Below are positions 46,558 to 55,892 of a DNA stretch of 64,000 nt, piece by piece. Source of the DNA: Dehalococcoidia bacterium (GTDB lineage Bacteria; Chloroflexota; Dehalococcoidia; SHYB01). The stretch's first letter is position 1. Each line of letters begins with the position of its first letter. The translations under genes were made by a program, and so were the position numbers. The DNA lies in the NCBI GenBank assembly GCA_965220155.1, contig OZ244810.1, forward strand, positions 626,728-690,727, read 5' to 3'. The notes beneath the pieces are model-generated. The model saw only the letters and a program-made list of their open reading frames with translations, was not told the DNA's origin and did no database searches.

Positions 46558-48150
46558 TCAGCCATCTGCGGGCCCTGAGTCTCGTGCCCCGCGGTTTGCC
46601 GTTCCGCCACCCTCGATAACCACATGGCGCAACCATGACTCCGACGTCTCGGGATAGTCGGTCCGGAAATGCGCTCCACGGCTTTCCGTACGGTAGAGTG
46701 CCGCTTCGGCCATCAACCGCCCGGTGATCACTGCGTTGCGCAGGTCATATGATGGGCGATCCGAGGGGAGCGGTAGCGTTAGCTCCCAGGCAGCAAGCGT
46801 CCGGGCCGCGCGCTCCAGCCCCTCACCCGACCGCTCGATGCCAACGTTGTCCCACATCAACTCTTGCACGGCGGCCGGGCTGGGGGATGGGTAATCGAAC
46901 GGGTCCTCGTCGCGCGACGGAAGCGTTCTCATCTCTTCGGTCCTACCGTTGGTCTCGGTCTCGCGCGCCGACATCGGCGTTATCGTACGGTCTACCATGC
47001 GCTTGCTGAACACTACCGTCTCCAGGAGGGAGTTGCTAGCGAGGCGGTTGGCCCCATGGGCTCCCGTGCACGCGGTCTCCCCCGCTGCCAGCAGCCCCTT
47101 AACGCCAGTCTCGCCGAAGCTGTTCACCTTGATCCCGCCCATCATGTAGTGGGCGGCCGGCGCCACCGGGATAAGCTCACCCGTGATGTCGAGACCACGG
47201 TCCATGCAGAACTGGAAGATCTGCGGGAAGCGGGTAGATACTCGCTGAGGAGGAAGGTGGCGAACGTCCAGGAATACGCAGTCTCCACCGGCTTTCCTCA
47301 TCTCCGTCACGATGGCCCGGGCGACAATATCCCTCGGGGCAAGGTCACCAAGGTCCGAATACTCCGCCATGAAGGCCTTGCCGTCCTCGCGGCGGAGAAT
47401 GCCGCCCTCCCCTCTCACAGCCTCGGAGATCAAGAACACCGGGGCGCCCGGAAGGCGCAGCGCCGTGGGGTGGAACTGGAAGAACTCCATATCCATGACC
47501 TGTGCACCAGCCTTGTAGCCCAGAGACACCCCATCCCCGGTGACGACCTCCGAATTGGTGGTGAGCCGATATAGACGCCCCGCCCCTCCAGTGGCCAGGA
47601 CGACGTCCCGGCAGTAGACCTCCTCTACGGACACGTTCCGGATGTCGAACACCGACACCCCTTGAACGGCTCGGTCTGCTACGTCAATGCCACTGAGGAG
47701 GCTGTAGTCTCGAAGCTCGATGGACGGTGTGTGGGCCCGCTCGGCCAGCGCCTGCTCGATGTGCTTGCCAGTCGCATCGCCACCGGCGTGCAAGACCCTC
47801 TCGAGGCTATGGGCGCCTTCTCGGGCGAGGGCGATCTCTCCATCCAGGGTGTCGAATGGGACCCCGAATCGGATCAGGTCGGCGATCCGCTCGGGCCCCT
47901 CTTCCGTGAGAATCCGGGTGTGCCGCCGGTCGTTGAGCCCGGCCCCGGCCCCCTCCGTGTCGCTTTGGTGGAGGGCAGGGCTGTCATCCGGTCCTATGGC
48001 AGCAGCGATGCCCCCCTGGGCGTACCGGGTGTTGCATTCGTCGATGCTCCCCTTGGTGACGAGGAGAACACTGCCATGTTCCTTCGCAAGCAGGGCAGTA
48101 TAGAGCCCCGCAATGCCCGAGCCTACGATGACGTAGTCGTAATAGCCCAC
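46558..48150 (-). CDS. nadB: L-aspartate oxidase
   Basis: MGYYDYVIVGSGIAGLYTALLAKEHGSVLLVTKG...YAQGGIAAAIGPDDSP... with the FAD-binding Rossmann and succinate dehydrogenase / fumarate reductase flavoprotein fold. Confidence 0.9.
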   Translation of the reverse strand: MGYYDYVIVGSGIAGLYTALLAKEHGSVLLVTKGSIDECNTRYAQGGIAAAIGPDDSPALHQSDTEGAGAGLNDRRHTRILTEEGPERIADLIRFGVPFDTLDGEIALAREGAHSLERVLHAGGDATGKHIEQALAERAHTPSIELRDYSLLSGIDVADRAVQGVSVFDIRNVSVEEVYCRDVVLATGGAGRLYRLTTNSEVVTGDGVSLGYKAGAQVMDMEFFQFHPTALRLPGAPVFLISEAVRGEGGILRREDGKAFMAEYSDLGDLAPRDIVARAIVTEMRKAGGDCVFLDVRHLPPQRVSTRFPQIFQFCMDRGLDITGELIPVAPAAHYMMGGIKVNSFGETGVKGLLAAGETACTGAHGANRLASNSLLETVVFSKRMVDRTITPMSARETETNGRTEEMRTLPSRDEDPFDYPSPSPAAVQELMWDNVGIERSGEGLERAARTLAAWELTLPLPSDRPSYDLRNAVITGRLMAEAALYRTESRGAHFRTDYPETSESWLRHVVIEGGGTANRGARDSGPADG

Positions 48151-48200
48151 GGCAGTTTAAGGAAAGTCCTTCGGCATGACGCCTTGGCCGGCCGGGCCGG

Positions 48201-49400
48201 CTACCTGATGGCCAGCATCCGCTCCAGGGCGGCCCTCGCCCAGTGGGCCACCTTGTCGTCCACCTTGACCTGATTGATGACCTGGCCCTCGACTAGCCCC
48301 TCCAGGACCCAGGCCAGGTATGCCGGATGGATCCGGTACATCGTCGAGCAAGGACAGATCACGGGGTCGAGGCAGAATATCGTCTTGTCCGGCTGCTCCT
48401 TGGCAAGCCGGTTGACGAGGTTTATCTCGGTGCCCACCGCCCAAACACTTCCGGCGGGGGACCCGGTCACGGTCTTGATAATGAATTCCGTCGACCCGTC
48501 GGAATCGGCGGCGGCGACGACCTCACGCTCGCACTCGGGGTGGACTACGACGTTGACGTCTGGGAAGCGCTGCCGCGCCTCTTCGATTTGCTCTACCGTG
48601 AAGCGCTTGTGGACCGAGCAATGCCCTTTCCAGAGAATGAATGTGGCCTGCTCGAGCTGCTCCTCGGTGTTGCCTCCCAGGGGTTGGAACGGGTCCCACA
48701 CGACGGTGTCCGATTCTGAGAACCCCACCTTGAGCGCTGTGTTGCGGCCCAGATGCTGGTCCGGGAAGAAGAGCACCTTCTGCCGCTGCTGCAAGGCCCA
48801 TTCGACGGCCGCCCTCGCATTGGACGACGTGCACACCAGCCCACCGTTGATCCCGCAGAACGCCTTCAGGGCCGCCGCCGAGTTCATGTAGGTGACAGGC
48901 AAGACGCCGTTCCGCACGCCGTCCAGCGACTGAAGGTCCTCCCAGCACGTCAGGACATCTTCGGTTGGGGCCATGTCAGCCATAGAGCAGCCGGCTGAAA
49001 GATTCGGGATGATCGTGGCCTGGTGCGGCTGGCTCAGGATATCCGCGCTCTCGGCCATGAAGTGCACACCGCAAAACACGATGTAGTCGGCCTCCGGCCG
49101 GCCGGCCGCGAACTGGGCGAGCTTGAAGGAGTCGCCGCGGAGGTCTGCATATTGGATAATCTCGTCTCGCTGGTAATGGTGTCCCAGAATGACGAGCCGC
49201 TCACGCAACGCCGCCTTGGCTGCCGAGATGCGCTCGTGCATCTCGCCCTCCGGAAGACCCAAGTAGTGTCTGGGGAGCTGGCTCCCTCCCGGCCGCAGTG
49301 ACATCTCCGTCCGGAACAGGAGATCGGCCAGCGACCGGTCCGCGTCACATGCCTTTTCAGGGGTGACTCTGTCCGCGACCGTTAGGTTGAAACTCATCAT
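48201..49400 (-). CDS. nadA: Quinolinate synthase NadA
   Basis: ...LVILGHHYQRDEIIQYADLRGDSFKLAQFAA...IVFCGVHFMAESADIL...CSM...HPEC...CPCSTMYRI.... Start at the ATG (MMSFNL...) because the longer track ORF would overlap miaB. Confidence 0.85.
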   Translation of the reverse strand: MMSFNLTVADRVTPEKACDADRSLADLLFRTEMSLRPGGSQLPRHYLGLPEGEMHERISAAKAALRERLVILGHHYQRDEIIQYADLRGDSFKLAQFAAGRPEADYIVFCGVHFMAESADILSQPHQATIIPNLSAGCSMADMAPTEDVLTCWEDLQSLDGVRNGVLPVTYMNSAAALKAFCGINGGLVCTSSNARAAVEWALQQRQKVLFFPDQHLGRNTALKVGFSESDTVVWDPFQPLGGNTEEQLEQATFILWKGHCSVHKRFTVEQIEEARQRFPDVNVVVHPECEREVVAAADSDGSTEFIIKTVTGSPAGSVWAVGTEINLVNRLAKEQPDKTIFCLDPVICPCSTMYRIHPAYLAWVLEGLVEGQVINQVKVDDKVAHWARAALERMLAIR

Positions 49401-49411
49401 TGACCCCGCAT

Positions 49412-50716
49412 CTATCGGTCCAGGGGCAACACTGCCCGGGCCCCCTGGGTGACTCTTCCCTGCAGCGACCACGGAGAAGCAGACCCGATCTCCACATCCA
49501 CGAGCTCTCCGTAGTGCCGTTCGCCCCCTTGCACATGCACCAGCCTGTTGGAGCGTGTCCGGCCTTGCCAGCGGCCGTCTTTCTCCCGTTCGATCAGCAC
49601 TTCTTCGGTGCTCCCGACGAGGGCCCGGTTGTTCTCCAGCGATATCTCCCGCTCCACGGCCTCGAGGATGTCTCGCCTGCGCCGTTTTTCCTCATCAGGG
49701 ACATCGTCCTGCATCTTGCGATATGACACCGTCCCCGGCCTGGGCGAGTACATGGCGATGTGGACCTTGTCGAACCGGGCCCTCTCCACCAGGTCAACGG
49801 TCTCGTCGAACTGCGAGGCCGTCTCGCCCGGGAACCCCACAATGATGTCCGTGGTCAACCCGGCCCCGGGCATGGCTTCCCGGATACGCCCCGCGAGGTC
49901 GAGGTAGTCCTCCCTCGTATAGCCCCGCCTCATGTTCGCCAGCACCTCGTTGTTACCGGCTTGAACAGGGAGATTGATGTACTCGCAGACCTTCTCTTCC
50001 GCCGCTACAGTCTGGATGATTTTCTCGCTCATGTCGTTGGGGTGGGATGTCAGGAACCGGACCCGCTTTATCTCCTCCACACCGCCGATGGCATGGAGAA
50101 GGTCTGCCAGGTCCGGCTGGCCTGGAAGGTCGTGACCGTAGGAGTCGACGTTCTGGCCCAGCAGCGTGACCTCTTTGACCCCCCTGTGGGCAAGCATCAC
50201 GGCCTCTTGCACCAGATCGTCGATGGGCCTGCTCTGCTCCCGGCCGCGTCGATAGGGGATAATGCAGAATGTGCAGAACTTGTCGCAGCCGTGAATGATG
50301 GGGATGAAGGTGGCGACGGACGGCCTGCTCGGCACCAGGGGCAGCGAGTTGTCGATACAGGTGCCTTCCTGTGCCTCGACCAGGCGAAGAAGGTCGCCGA
50401 ACTCCTGGGGCCTCATAAAACAGTCGACATAGGGGAAGCGCCGCCGCAGGTCATCCGTCTTGGGCCCCACCATGCAGCCCATGAGGGCGATGGTCTTTTC
50501 TGGGTGCTCTCGCTTCAACCCTCTCAACGAGCCCAGGCGCCCAGACACTTTGTCCTCGGCGCCCTGCCTGACCACGCAGCTATTCAGGACGATGACATCC
50601 GCGTCTTCCAGGACAGACGCCTCGTCACACCCGAGCCGGTCTAGGGCGTTGCCCAGCCGCTCCGAGTCGGCGACGTTCATCTGGCATCCCACTGTCCAGA
50701 TGTGATAGGTCGTCAT
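49412..50716 (-). CDS. miaB: tRNA-i6A37 methylthiotransferase MiaB (radical SAM)
   Basis: MTTYHIWTVGCQMNVADSERLGNALDRLG... (UPF0004 Cys triad) ...HGCDKFCTFCIIPYRRG (radical SAM CxxxCxxC) ... TRAM domain. Confidence 0.85.
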   Translation of the reverse strand: MTTYHIWTVGCQMNVADSERLGNALDRLGCDEASVLEDADVIVLNSCVVRQGAEDKVSGRLGSLRGLKREHPEKTIALMGCMVGPKTDDLRRRFPYVDCFMRPQEFGDLLRLVEAQEGTCIDNSLPLVPSRPSVATFIPIIHGCDKFCTFCIIPYRRGREQSRPIDDLVQEAVMLAHRGVKEVTLLGQNVDSYGHDLPGQPDLADLLHAIGGVEEIKRVRFLTSHPNDMSEKIIQTVAAEEKVCEYINLPVQAGNNEVLANMRRGYTREDYLDLAGRIREAMPGAGLTTDIIVGFPGETASQFDETVDLVERARFDKVHIAMYSPRPGTVSYRKMQDDVPDEEKRRRRDILEAVEREISLENNRALVGSTEEVLIEREKDGRWQGRTRSNRLVHVQGGERHYGELVDVEIGSASPWSLQGRVTQGARAVLPLDR

Positions 50717-50751
50717 TTTGTGAAACTTTTCACCAAGTTTACCCCTGGCCG

Positions 50752-50798
50752 AGATACAAAAACCCCTCCTGAGGTGGGCTGTCCTCTGAGGAGAGTGT
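50752..50798 (-). terminator. Rho-independent terminator after tRNA-Ser (minus strand): CCTCCTCAGAGG-loop-CTCAGGAGG then GGTTTTTGT
   Basis: Reverse complement of 50752..50798. Confidence 0.4.
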
Positions 50799-50800
50799 TC

Positions 50801-50895
50801 TGGCGGAGGGAATGGGATTTGAACCCATGGTAGGGCGATTAACCCTACAACCGCTTAGCAGGCGGCCGCACTAGACCAGGCTATGCGATCCCTCC
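50801..50895 (-). tRNA. tRNA-Ser (anticodon GCU), class II with long variable arm, CCA encoded
   Basis: Minus strand GGAGGGATCGCATAGCCTGGTCTAGTGCGGCCGCCTGCTAAGCGGTTGTAGGGTTAATCGCCCTACCATGGGTTCAAATCCCATTCCCTCCGCCA, anticodon loop CUGCUAA. Confidence 0.85.
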
Positions 50896-51009
50896 GTCGA
50901 CGGAAATATAGCACAGCCTATATGGGGTAGCAAGGAGAAAACCGCTCGCTGGTCAGGCCCCAGGTCTACGAGGGCACTCGCCCCGGGCGGGGGAGCTTCG
51001 TCTGGAAGT

Positions 51010-51387
51010 TTACCGGGTGGCCCTGGGGTCGATGAGCTTCTCCCGGTCGTACGCCAGGCGCTCCATGTGCTCCAAGAAACGCTCTATAAAAGGGGTGTTC
51101 TCCATCCGCCGCAGCGCCACCGGTGTGGGCTTCACCTGTCCCCACAGCGGGCGCAGGTCAGGCCTCGCGGGGAGAAAACTGCCCATCAGGCGTTCGATCT
51201 GGAACTCGACCACTTCGCCCGTCTGAGGATCGGCTTTCACCCTCACCCCATCGGGCAGCTCCACCCATACTGTGCCACCGCCGCGCCACGGGGCGCGGAT
51301 GGTCAGGCGGTCTGCGGGCTTCTCGTAGAAGAAGCTGAGCGTCCACGTGTGGAGCCGTCCAAACGTGAGTGCGTGGCATTCGAGCAA
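51010..51387 (-). CDS. Hypothetical protein (125 aa)
   Basis: MLECHALTFGRLHTWTLSFFYEKPADRLTIRAPWRGGGTVWVELPDGVRVKADPQTGEVVEFQIERL.... No family recognised; divergent from tenA. Confidence 0.4.
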   Translation of the reverse strand: MLECHALTFGRLHTWTLSFFYEKPADRLTIRAPWRGGGTVWVELPDGVRVKADPQTGEVVEFQIERLMGSFLPARPDLRPLWGQVKPTPVALRRMENTPFIERFLEHMERLAYDREKLIDPRATR

Positions 51388-51444
51388 GGGCCTGGACTCC
51401 GTGGGTGGGTCAGGACCGTGAACATCGGGTTCTCGGCTCCGGAT

Positions 51445-51552
51445 ATTCTACCCTACGATCGGCTGCGCCCTCTTATGGTCAGATCATGGGCGCACCCGCT
51501 TCGGTCCGGTCCCAGGTATTCCTACCCCACGATCGGCGGCGCCCTCTTATGG
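51445..51552. repeat. Two direct repeats of about 35 bp (ATTCTACCCTACGATCGGCTGCGCCCTCTTATGG / ATTCCTACCCCACGATCGGCGGCGCCCTCTTATGG), about 73 bp apart, in the divergent intergenic region between the hypothetical gene and tenA
   Basis: 51445..51478 and 51518..51552 are about 88% identical. Confidence 0.45.
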
Positions 51553-51660
51553 GGGATGTCCCGAGAATAACGGTACCACTACGGCACCTCATCGCTTGCG
51601 TGGCGAAGAACCGCCTCGTACCATCCGCCAATCCAGCCTGACCGCTACGGACAAGGTTCT

Positions 51661-52311
51661 ATGTCGCTGACGCAACAGCTTAGGGACGAAAACGCGACCT
51701 TGTGGGAGCAGATGGTCACACACCCCTTCGTTCTCGAGATGGGCGCAGGGACGCTGCCCCTCGAGAAATTCCAACGCTATCTTCTGCAGGACTACGTCTT
51801 CCTTCGGGATTTCTCGACCCTGCTGGCCCTGGCAATCGCCAAGGCCCCTGGATTCGACTCCGCGCGGCGTTTCTCCAGCTTCCTCACTGATGTCCTGCAA
51901 GGCGAGGAGGGCCTGTTCCGGCAAGCGTTTCAGGACTGGGGGCTTCCAGAGGGTGCCTACACGCCGCCAACACCTGGTCCAGCAGCATCAGCTTTCGGCG
52001 AGCTCATCAGGGAAGTAGCCTACAGCGGGAGCTTCCAGGAGGTCCTGACCGTTCTCGTCGTAACCGAGTGGACCTACCTCGACTGGGCCACGAGGTTGGT
52101 GGATGCCGGCCGGCTTCCCCAGATGCCGGTTGCCAGGGCCTGGACCGAGATCCACTCAAACCCGGAATTCACCGAGTTCGTCACCTGGCTCTTGGCGCTG
52201 CTTGATGAGCAGCAACTCTCAACCCAGCAGCGCGACAGGGTCCGCGACCTGTTCCGCCAGACGCTCGAGCATGAACTAGCCTTCTGGGAGGCCCCCTACG
52301 AGGGCGCATGA
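51661..52311 (+). CDS. tenA: TenA/thiaminase-II family (aminopyrimidine aminohydrolase) protein
   Basis: MSLTQQLRDENATLWEQMVTHPFVLEMGAGTLPLEKFQRYLLQDYVFLRDFSTLLALAIAKAP... Confidence 0.8.
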   Translation: MSLTQQLRDENATLWEQMVTHPFVLEMGAGTLPLEKFQRYLLQDYVFLRDFSTLLALAIAKAPGFDSARRFSSFLTDVLQGEEGLFRQAFQDWGLPEGAYTPPTPGPAASAFGELIREVAYSGSFQEVLTVLVVTEWTYLDWATRLVDAGRLPQMPVARAWTEIHSNPEFTEFVTWLLALLDEQQLSTQQRDRVRDLFRQTLEHELAFWEAPYEGA

Positions 52312-52372
52312 TCGACCAGCCGGGTTTCGCGAGAGCGAGGCTGCTCAGGGTGAGCGATCGAACCTGGCTTGC

Positions 52373-52636
52373 CTACGGATTCATCCCCATGTCCTTCATG
52401 GCCTTGCGGATGGCCATGTCGGCTTGGGCGCGCATCTGGGGGGCGTTCGGCATGTCGTCGAGGGGGGAATCCGGATGGTCGATGTTCCGCACGAACATCG
52501 TCGGGACCTGAATGAAGGCCTGCTTCACCTGGTTGCTGCCGCATGAGGCGCAGATGACCGCCGAATCGTCGCTCATGCTCCGGCGGACCTCGAAGATATC
52601 CTCGCACGAGAAGCAGAACATATCGTAGCTTGGCAT
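52373..52636 (-). CDS. FmdB-family zinc-ribbon protein
   Basis: MPSYDMFCFSCEDIFEVRRSMSDDSAVICASCGSNQVKQ... with the CxxC...CxxC ribbon. Start at the internal ATG of ORF 52373..52666. Confidence 0.6.
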   Translation of the reverse strand: MPSYDMFCFSCEDIFEVRRSMSDDSAVICASCGSNQVKQAFIQVPTMFVRNIDHPDSPLDDMPNAPQMRAQADMAIRKAMKDMGMNP

Positions 52637-52760
52637 CGGTCTCTCGCCCCCATCCGGCCCTACCACACTGGGTCCGGTATCCGCATCAGGGTGTGGTGGA
52701 TATTATAAGCCAGCGGCCTCAGGCGCTCCAATCGACGCGACTTCCCATGACAGCCAGGCC

Positions 52761-53741
52761 TCAGATGCTGAGGACGATCTTCCCGAAGTTCGCATTGCTC
52801 TCCATGTACCGGTGCGCCTCGACGACTTCTTCCAGGGGGAACACGCGGTCCACGACCGGCTTCATCCTCCCCGATGCGATCAGCGGCAGCACATGGCGCT
52901 TGAACTGGTTGGTGACTTCGATCTTCTCCGCCAGGGGCCTCGGCCGGAGGACGGTCCCGTGGACCCGGAGCCGTTTGGGCATGAGCGCGGCGACATTCGT
53001 TTCGAGCTTTCCACCCCCCATCGTCCCGACAAGCACCATGCGACCCTTCACAGCCAGGGATGCGATGTTGCGGTCCCAGTATGGTGCGCCGACGACGTCG
53101 AGGATCACATCGACGCCTCGGCCGCCGGTCCGCTCGCGGACCACTTCAGCGAAGTCCTGCTCCTTGTAGTTGATCCCGGCGTCGAGCCCCAGCTCGTAGG
53201 CGCGCCGGAGCTTCTCCTCCGAACCAGCAGTCCCCATTGTCTTTGCGCCCGCCGCCTTGGCAAGCTGCAAGGCCGCCACACCAACTCCGCTCCCCACCGC
53301 GTGGACCAGCGCCCATTCGCCCATGCCGAGGCCGCAGTGGTTGAAGAGTGCGTCGTACGCGGTGAAGAAGACTTCCGGGATGGAAGCCGCTTCCAAGAAG
53401 TCCATCCCCGAGGGGATGGGAATGGCCATTGCGGCGTTGATAACGGTCCGCTGGGCGTAACCGCCGCCTCCCAGTAAGGCCATAACACGGTCCCCGTTCT
53501 TGACGTCGTGGACCCTCGCCCCGGTGTCGAGGACGGCCCCCGCCATCTCAAGCCCCGGCACGTCCCCCCGTATCCCCGGCGGCGCGGGGTAGCCCCCCTG
53601 CCGCTGGCTGAGGTCGGCCCTGTTCAGGGCGGTCGCCTTTACGTCGACCAGAATGTCGTCGGGCCCTGGCACCGGGTCTTCGATTTCCTGGACCCGGAAG
53701 ACTTCGGGGCCACCGGGCGCGGTGATCACGGCTGCCCGCAT
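52761..53741 (-). CDS. NADPH:quinone oxidoreductase / zinc-type alcohol dehydrogenase (MDR) family
   Basis: MRAAVITAPGGPEVFRVQEIEDPVPGPDDILVDVKATALNRADLSQRQGGYP...LVHAVGSGVGVAALQLAKAAGAKT... Confidence 0.85.
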   Translation of the reverse strand: MRAAVITAPGGPEVFRVQEIEDPVPGPDDILVDVKATALNRADLSQRQGGYPAPPGIRGDVPGLEMAGAVLDTGARVHDVKNGDRVMALLGGGGYAQRTVINAAMAIPIPSGMDFLEAASIPEVFFTAYDALFNHCGLGMGEWALVHAVGSGVGVAALQLAKAAGAKTMGTAGSEEKLRRAYELGLDAGINYKEQDFAEVVRERTGGRGVDVILDVVGAPYWDRNIASLAVKGRMVLVGTMGGGKLETNVAALMPKRLRVHGTVLRPRPLAEKIEVTNQFKRHVLPLIASGRMKPVVDRVFPLEEVVEAHRYMESNANFGKIVLSI

Positions 53742-53751
53742 GCGCTTTCCT

Positions 53752-54627
53752 CTACGGGGTCTGCGCGCCGGTGGCGGCCAGCGTCACGCGGTATACCGCG
53801 GTCCGTGCGGTCATGTACAGCGTGCGTTTGTTGGGGCCGCCAAAGGCGCAGTTGGAAGGTGACTGCTCGCACAGGACCTTGCCGAGCAGGGTCCCGTTGG
53901 GGCTGAATACTTGAACGCCGTCCCCTGCGGAGGTATAGAGCCGCCCCTCGGTGTCAACTCGAAACCCATCGGGGATCCCGGGCTCGATGGTGCAGAGAAC
54001 TTGCGAGTTCGTGAGGGCGTTAGTGGCTGTCACTTCCAACGCACGGATGTGGGCCAGCTCTTGGTCCGAATCGGCGACATAAAGGACCGATTCGTCTGGC
54101 GAGAATGCAAGACCGTTGGGCCGAGAAAAGTCGTCCGTCACCGGGACGAGCTCGCCGCTCGGGTCGAGCCTGAACACGTAGCTCGCAGGCTGCTCTTGCT
54201 GGTCGGGCCTGATGGCGTAGGGAGGATCGGTGAACCATATCGTGCCGTCCGACTTCACGACGATGTCGTTGGGAGAGTTCAGCCGCTTTCCTCCGTAGCT
54301 TTCGGCCAGGGTGGTGAGTGAGCCATCGGGCTCTTGCCGGTACACTGTCCGGCCGCCATGGCCCGCGACAACGAGCCTGCCCTGCCGGTCCAGCGTCATC
54401 CCATTGGCGAACCTGCTCGGATCGCGGATGACGGTAAGCCCGTCCGCTTCGGACCAACGCATGGTCCGGTTCCCGCGCACGTCGCTGAAGAAGAGGCAGT
54501 CCTCGGAGGGGGACCAGACTGGCCCTTCGGTGAACTCCAGCCCCTCGCAGACTTTATCGACCTGCGAATCCGCTGTCAGGATGCCCCTGAACTCGTCCGA
54601 CCGAATATCGAAGTCTTGGGCTCGCAT
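53752..54627 (-). CDS. SMP-30/gluconolactonase/LRE family protein
   Basis: ...CEGLEFTEGPVWSPSEDCLFFSDVRGNRTMRW...NSPNDIVVKSDGTIWFTDP...PNGLAFSPDESVLYVADS.... Confidence 0.8.
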   Translation of the reverse strand: MRAQDFDIRSDEFRGILTADSQVDKVCEGLEFTEGPVWSPSEDCLFFSDVRGNRTMRWSEADGLTVIRDPSRFANGMTLDRQGRLVVAGHGGRTVYRQEPDGSLTTLAESYGGKRLNSPNDIVVKSDGTIWFTDPPYAIRPDQQEQPASYVFRLDPSGELVPVTDDFSRPNGLAFSPDESVLYVADSDQELAHIRALEVTATNALTNSQVLCTIEPGIPDGFRVDTEGRLYTSAGDGVQVFSPNGTLLGKVLCEQSPSNCAFGGPNKRTLYMTARTAVYRVTLAATGAQTP

Positions 54628-54936
54628 AGGACCTCCGGGGCGGCACGCTAGCATGGCGTCTTGGCCGAAGTCAACGAAACGGGCTCGGCGCTACCCACGG
54701 GAGCCGAGGCCCTCCGGGTGGTCTTGCAGGCGTACGCAGGAAATCTAACCTTCAGCCCCTCTCCGGGTCCGGAGAGGGGCGCCCTGGCTTTTGTCCGTCT
54801 GCCGGAAACCTCCCCGCGTCCGCGGGGTTATCGCACGTCTCCGTCGATCAGGAAGCCCTCTCCGCGGGGAGGGCCGGGTGAGGTCCCTGGCGCAGCCCCG
54901 CGCGAAGCCCCGAAGTTGACAACACAGAAAAGCGTC

Positions 54937-54978
54937 TGCTACATTTCGGGCGTAGCACTTGGCGCAGCCAAGTGCTAC
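54937..54978 (+). promoter_or_regulatory. Candidate operator: TGCTAC / GTAGCA half-sites forming nested palindromes (TGCTAC-N9-GTAGCACTTGG-CGCAG-CCAAGTGCTAC) 28 bp upstream of the second fmdB-like gene
   Basis: tgctacatttcgggcGTAGCACTTGGcgcagCCAAGTGCTACtttgatgacc. The surrounding 54.75-54.90-kb region is also rich in GC hairpins (e.g. CCCCTCTCCGG-GTC-CGGAGAGGGG). Confidence 0.3.
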
Positions 54979-55005
54979 TTTGATGACCTGACGAGGGCCG
55001 TCGCG

Positions 55006-55305
55006 ATGCCATTCTACGATTTCAAGTGCCCCAATGACCACAAATTCGAGCTGAAGCAGAGCTTTCTCGACGAGCCTGTCGCGACCTGCCCCACTTGCGA
55101 CGCCCAGGCCCGGCGCCTGATCAGCCTCGTCCCCGTCCATTACAAGGGCAGCGGTTTCTACGTGAACGACTACGGTCCCAAGAAGACCGAGCCCTCCAGC
55201 TCCCCGAGCTCCAACGGGGAAAGCAAGAGCGACTCCACCTCGAGCGACTCTCCCAAGAGCAGCGCCGAGTCCAGTGAGGAACCGGCCGCAACCGGGGCCT
55301 CGTAG
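55006..55305 (+). CDS. FmdB-family zinc-ribbon protein with Ser-rich acidic tail
   Basis: MPFYDFKCPNDHKFELKQSFLDEPVATCPTCDAQARRLISLVPVHYKGSGFYVNDYG... has CxxxH...CPxC. Internal start of track ORF 54661..55305. Confidence 0.65.
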   Translation: MPFYDFKCPNDHKFELKQSFLDEPVATCPTCDAQARRLISLVPVHYKGSGFYVNDYGPKKTEPSSSPSSNGESKSDSTSSDSPKSSAESSEEPAATGAS

Positions 55306-55782
55306 GTGCGCGCCCTCCTCCAGCGCGTCAGCCGCGCTTCCGTAAGCGTCGGGGGAGAGGAGGTAGGGGCGATCGGTCACGGCCTCACCGTCTTCGTGGG
55401 TATCGCTATGGGGGACACTGAAGAGGACGGGGACTACCTGGCTGGCAAGCTGGCGGGCCTCCGGGTCTTCCCTGACTCAGAGGGTCGGTTCAACGTCTCG
55501 GCCCTCGATATCGGGGCCGAGATGTTGCTCATAAGCCAGTTCACCCTGCACGCCGACACGCGCAAAGGGCGCCGGCCCAGCTTCGTAGGGGCGGCCCCTC
55601 CCGAGGTCGCCCAATCCCTTTTCGAGGCCTTCGCCAGCCGCATGCGCTCTACGGGGCTGACAGTCCACACTGGACGATTCCAGGAGCACATGATGGTCGA
55701 CCTGACCAACGATGGGCCGGTCACCCTCATGATCGACAGCGCCGACCGCGGTCGCTCCCGGTCCGGCAGCCTGAAGCGGTAA
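55306..55782 (+). CDS. dtd: D-aminoacyl-tRNA deacylase
   Basis: MRALLQRVSRASVSVGGEEVGAIGHGLTVFVGIAMGDTEEDGDYLAGKLAGLRVFPDSEGRFNVSALDIGAEMLLISQFTL.... GTG start immediately after the fmdB stop. Confidence 0.85.
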   Translation: MRALLQRVSRASVSVGGEEVGAIGHGLTVFVGIAMGDTEEDGDYLAGKLAGLRVFPDSEGRFNVSALDIGAEMLLISQFTLHADTRKGRRPSFVGAAPPEVAQSLFEAFASRMRSTGLTVHTGRFQEHMMVDLTNDGPVTLMIDSADRGRSRSGSLKR

Positions 55783-55892
55783 CCCGCGAGCTGCCAAGGT
55801 ATTCAGGGTTTGTCCGAAAGCCCCATCCGTTTACGGAGAGTGGAATAAGGTCTCCGTTGACCTCACTCCACCGACCTTGCTATGCTGCCTCA

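Noticed and set aside
51388-51660. TPP riboswitch upstream of tenA
   Set aside because: There is no CUGAGA or GCGUAGGGA conserved elements on either strand. Only direct repeats are present.
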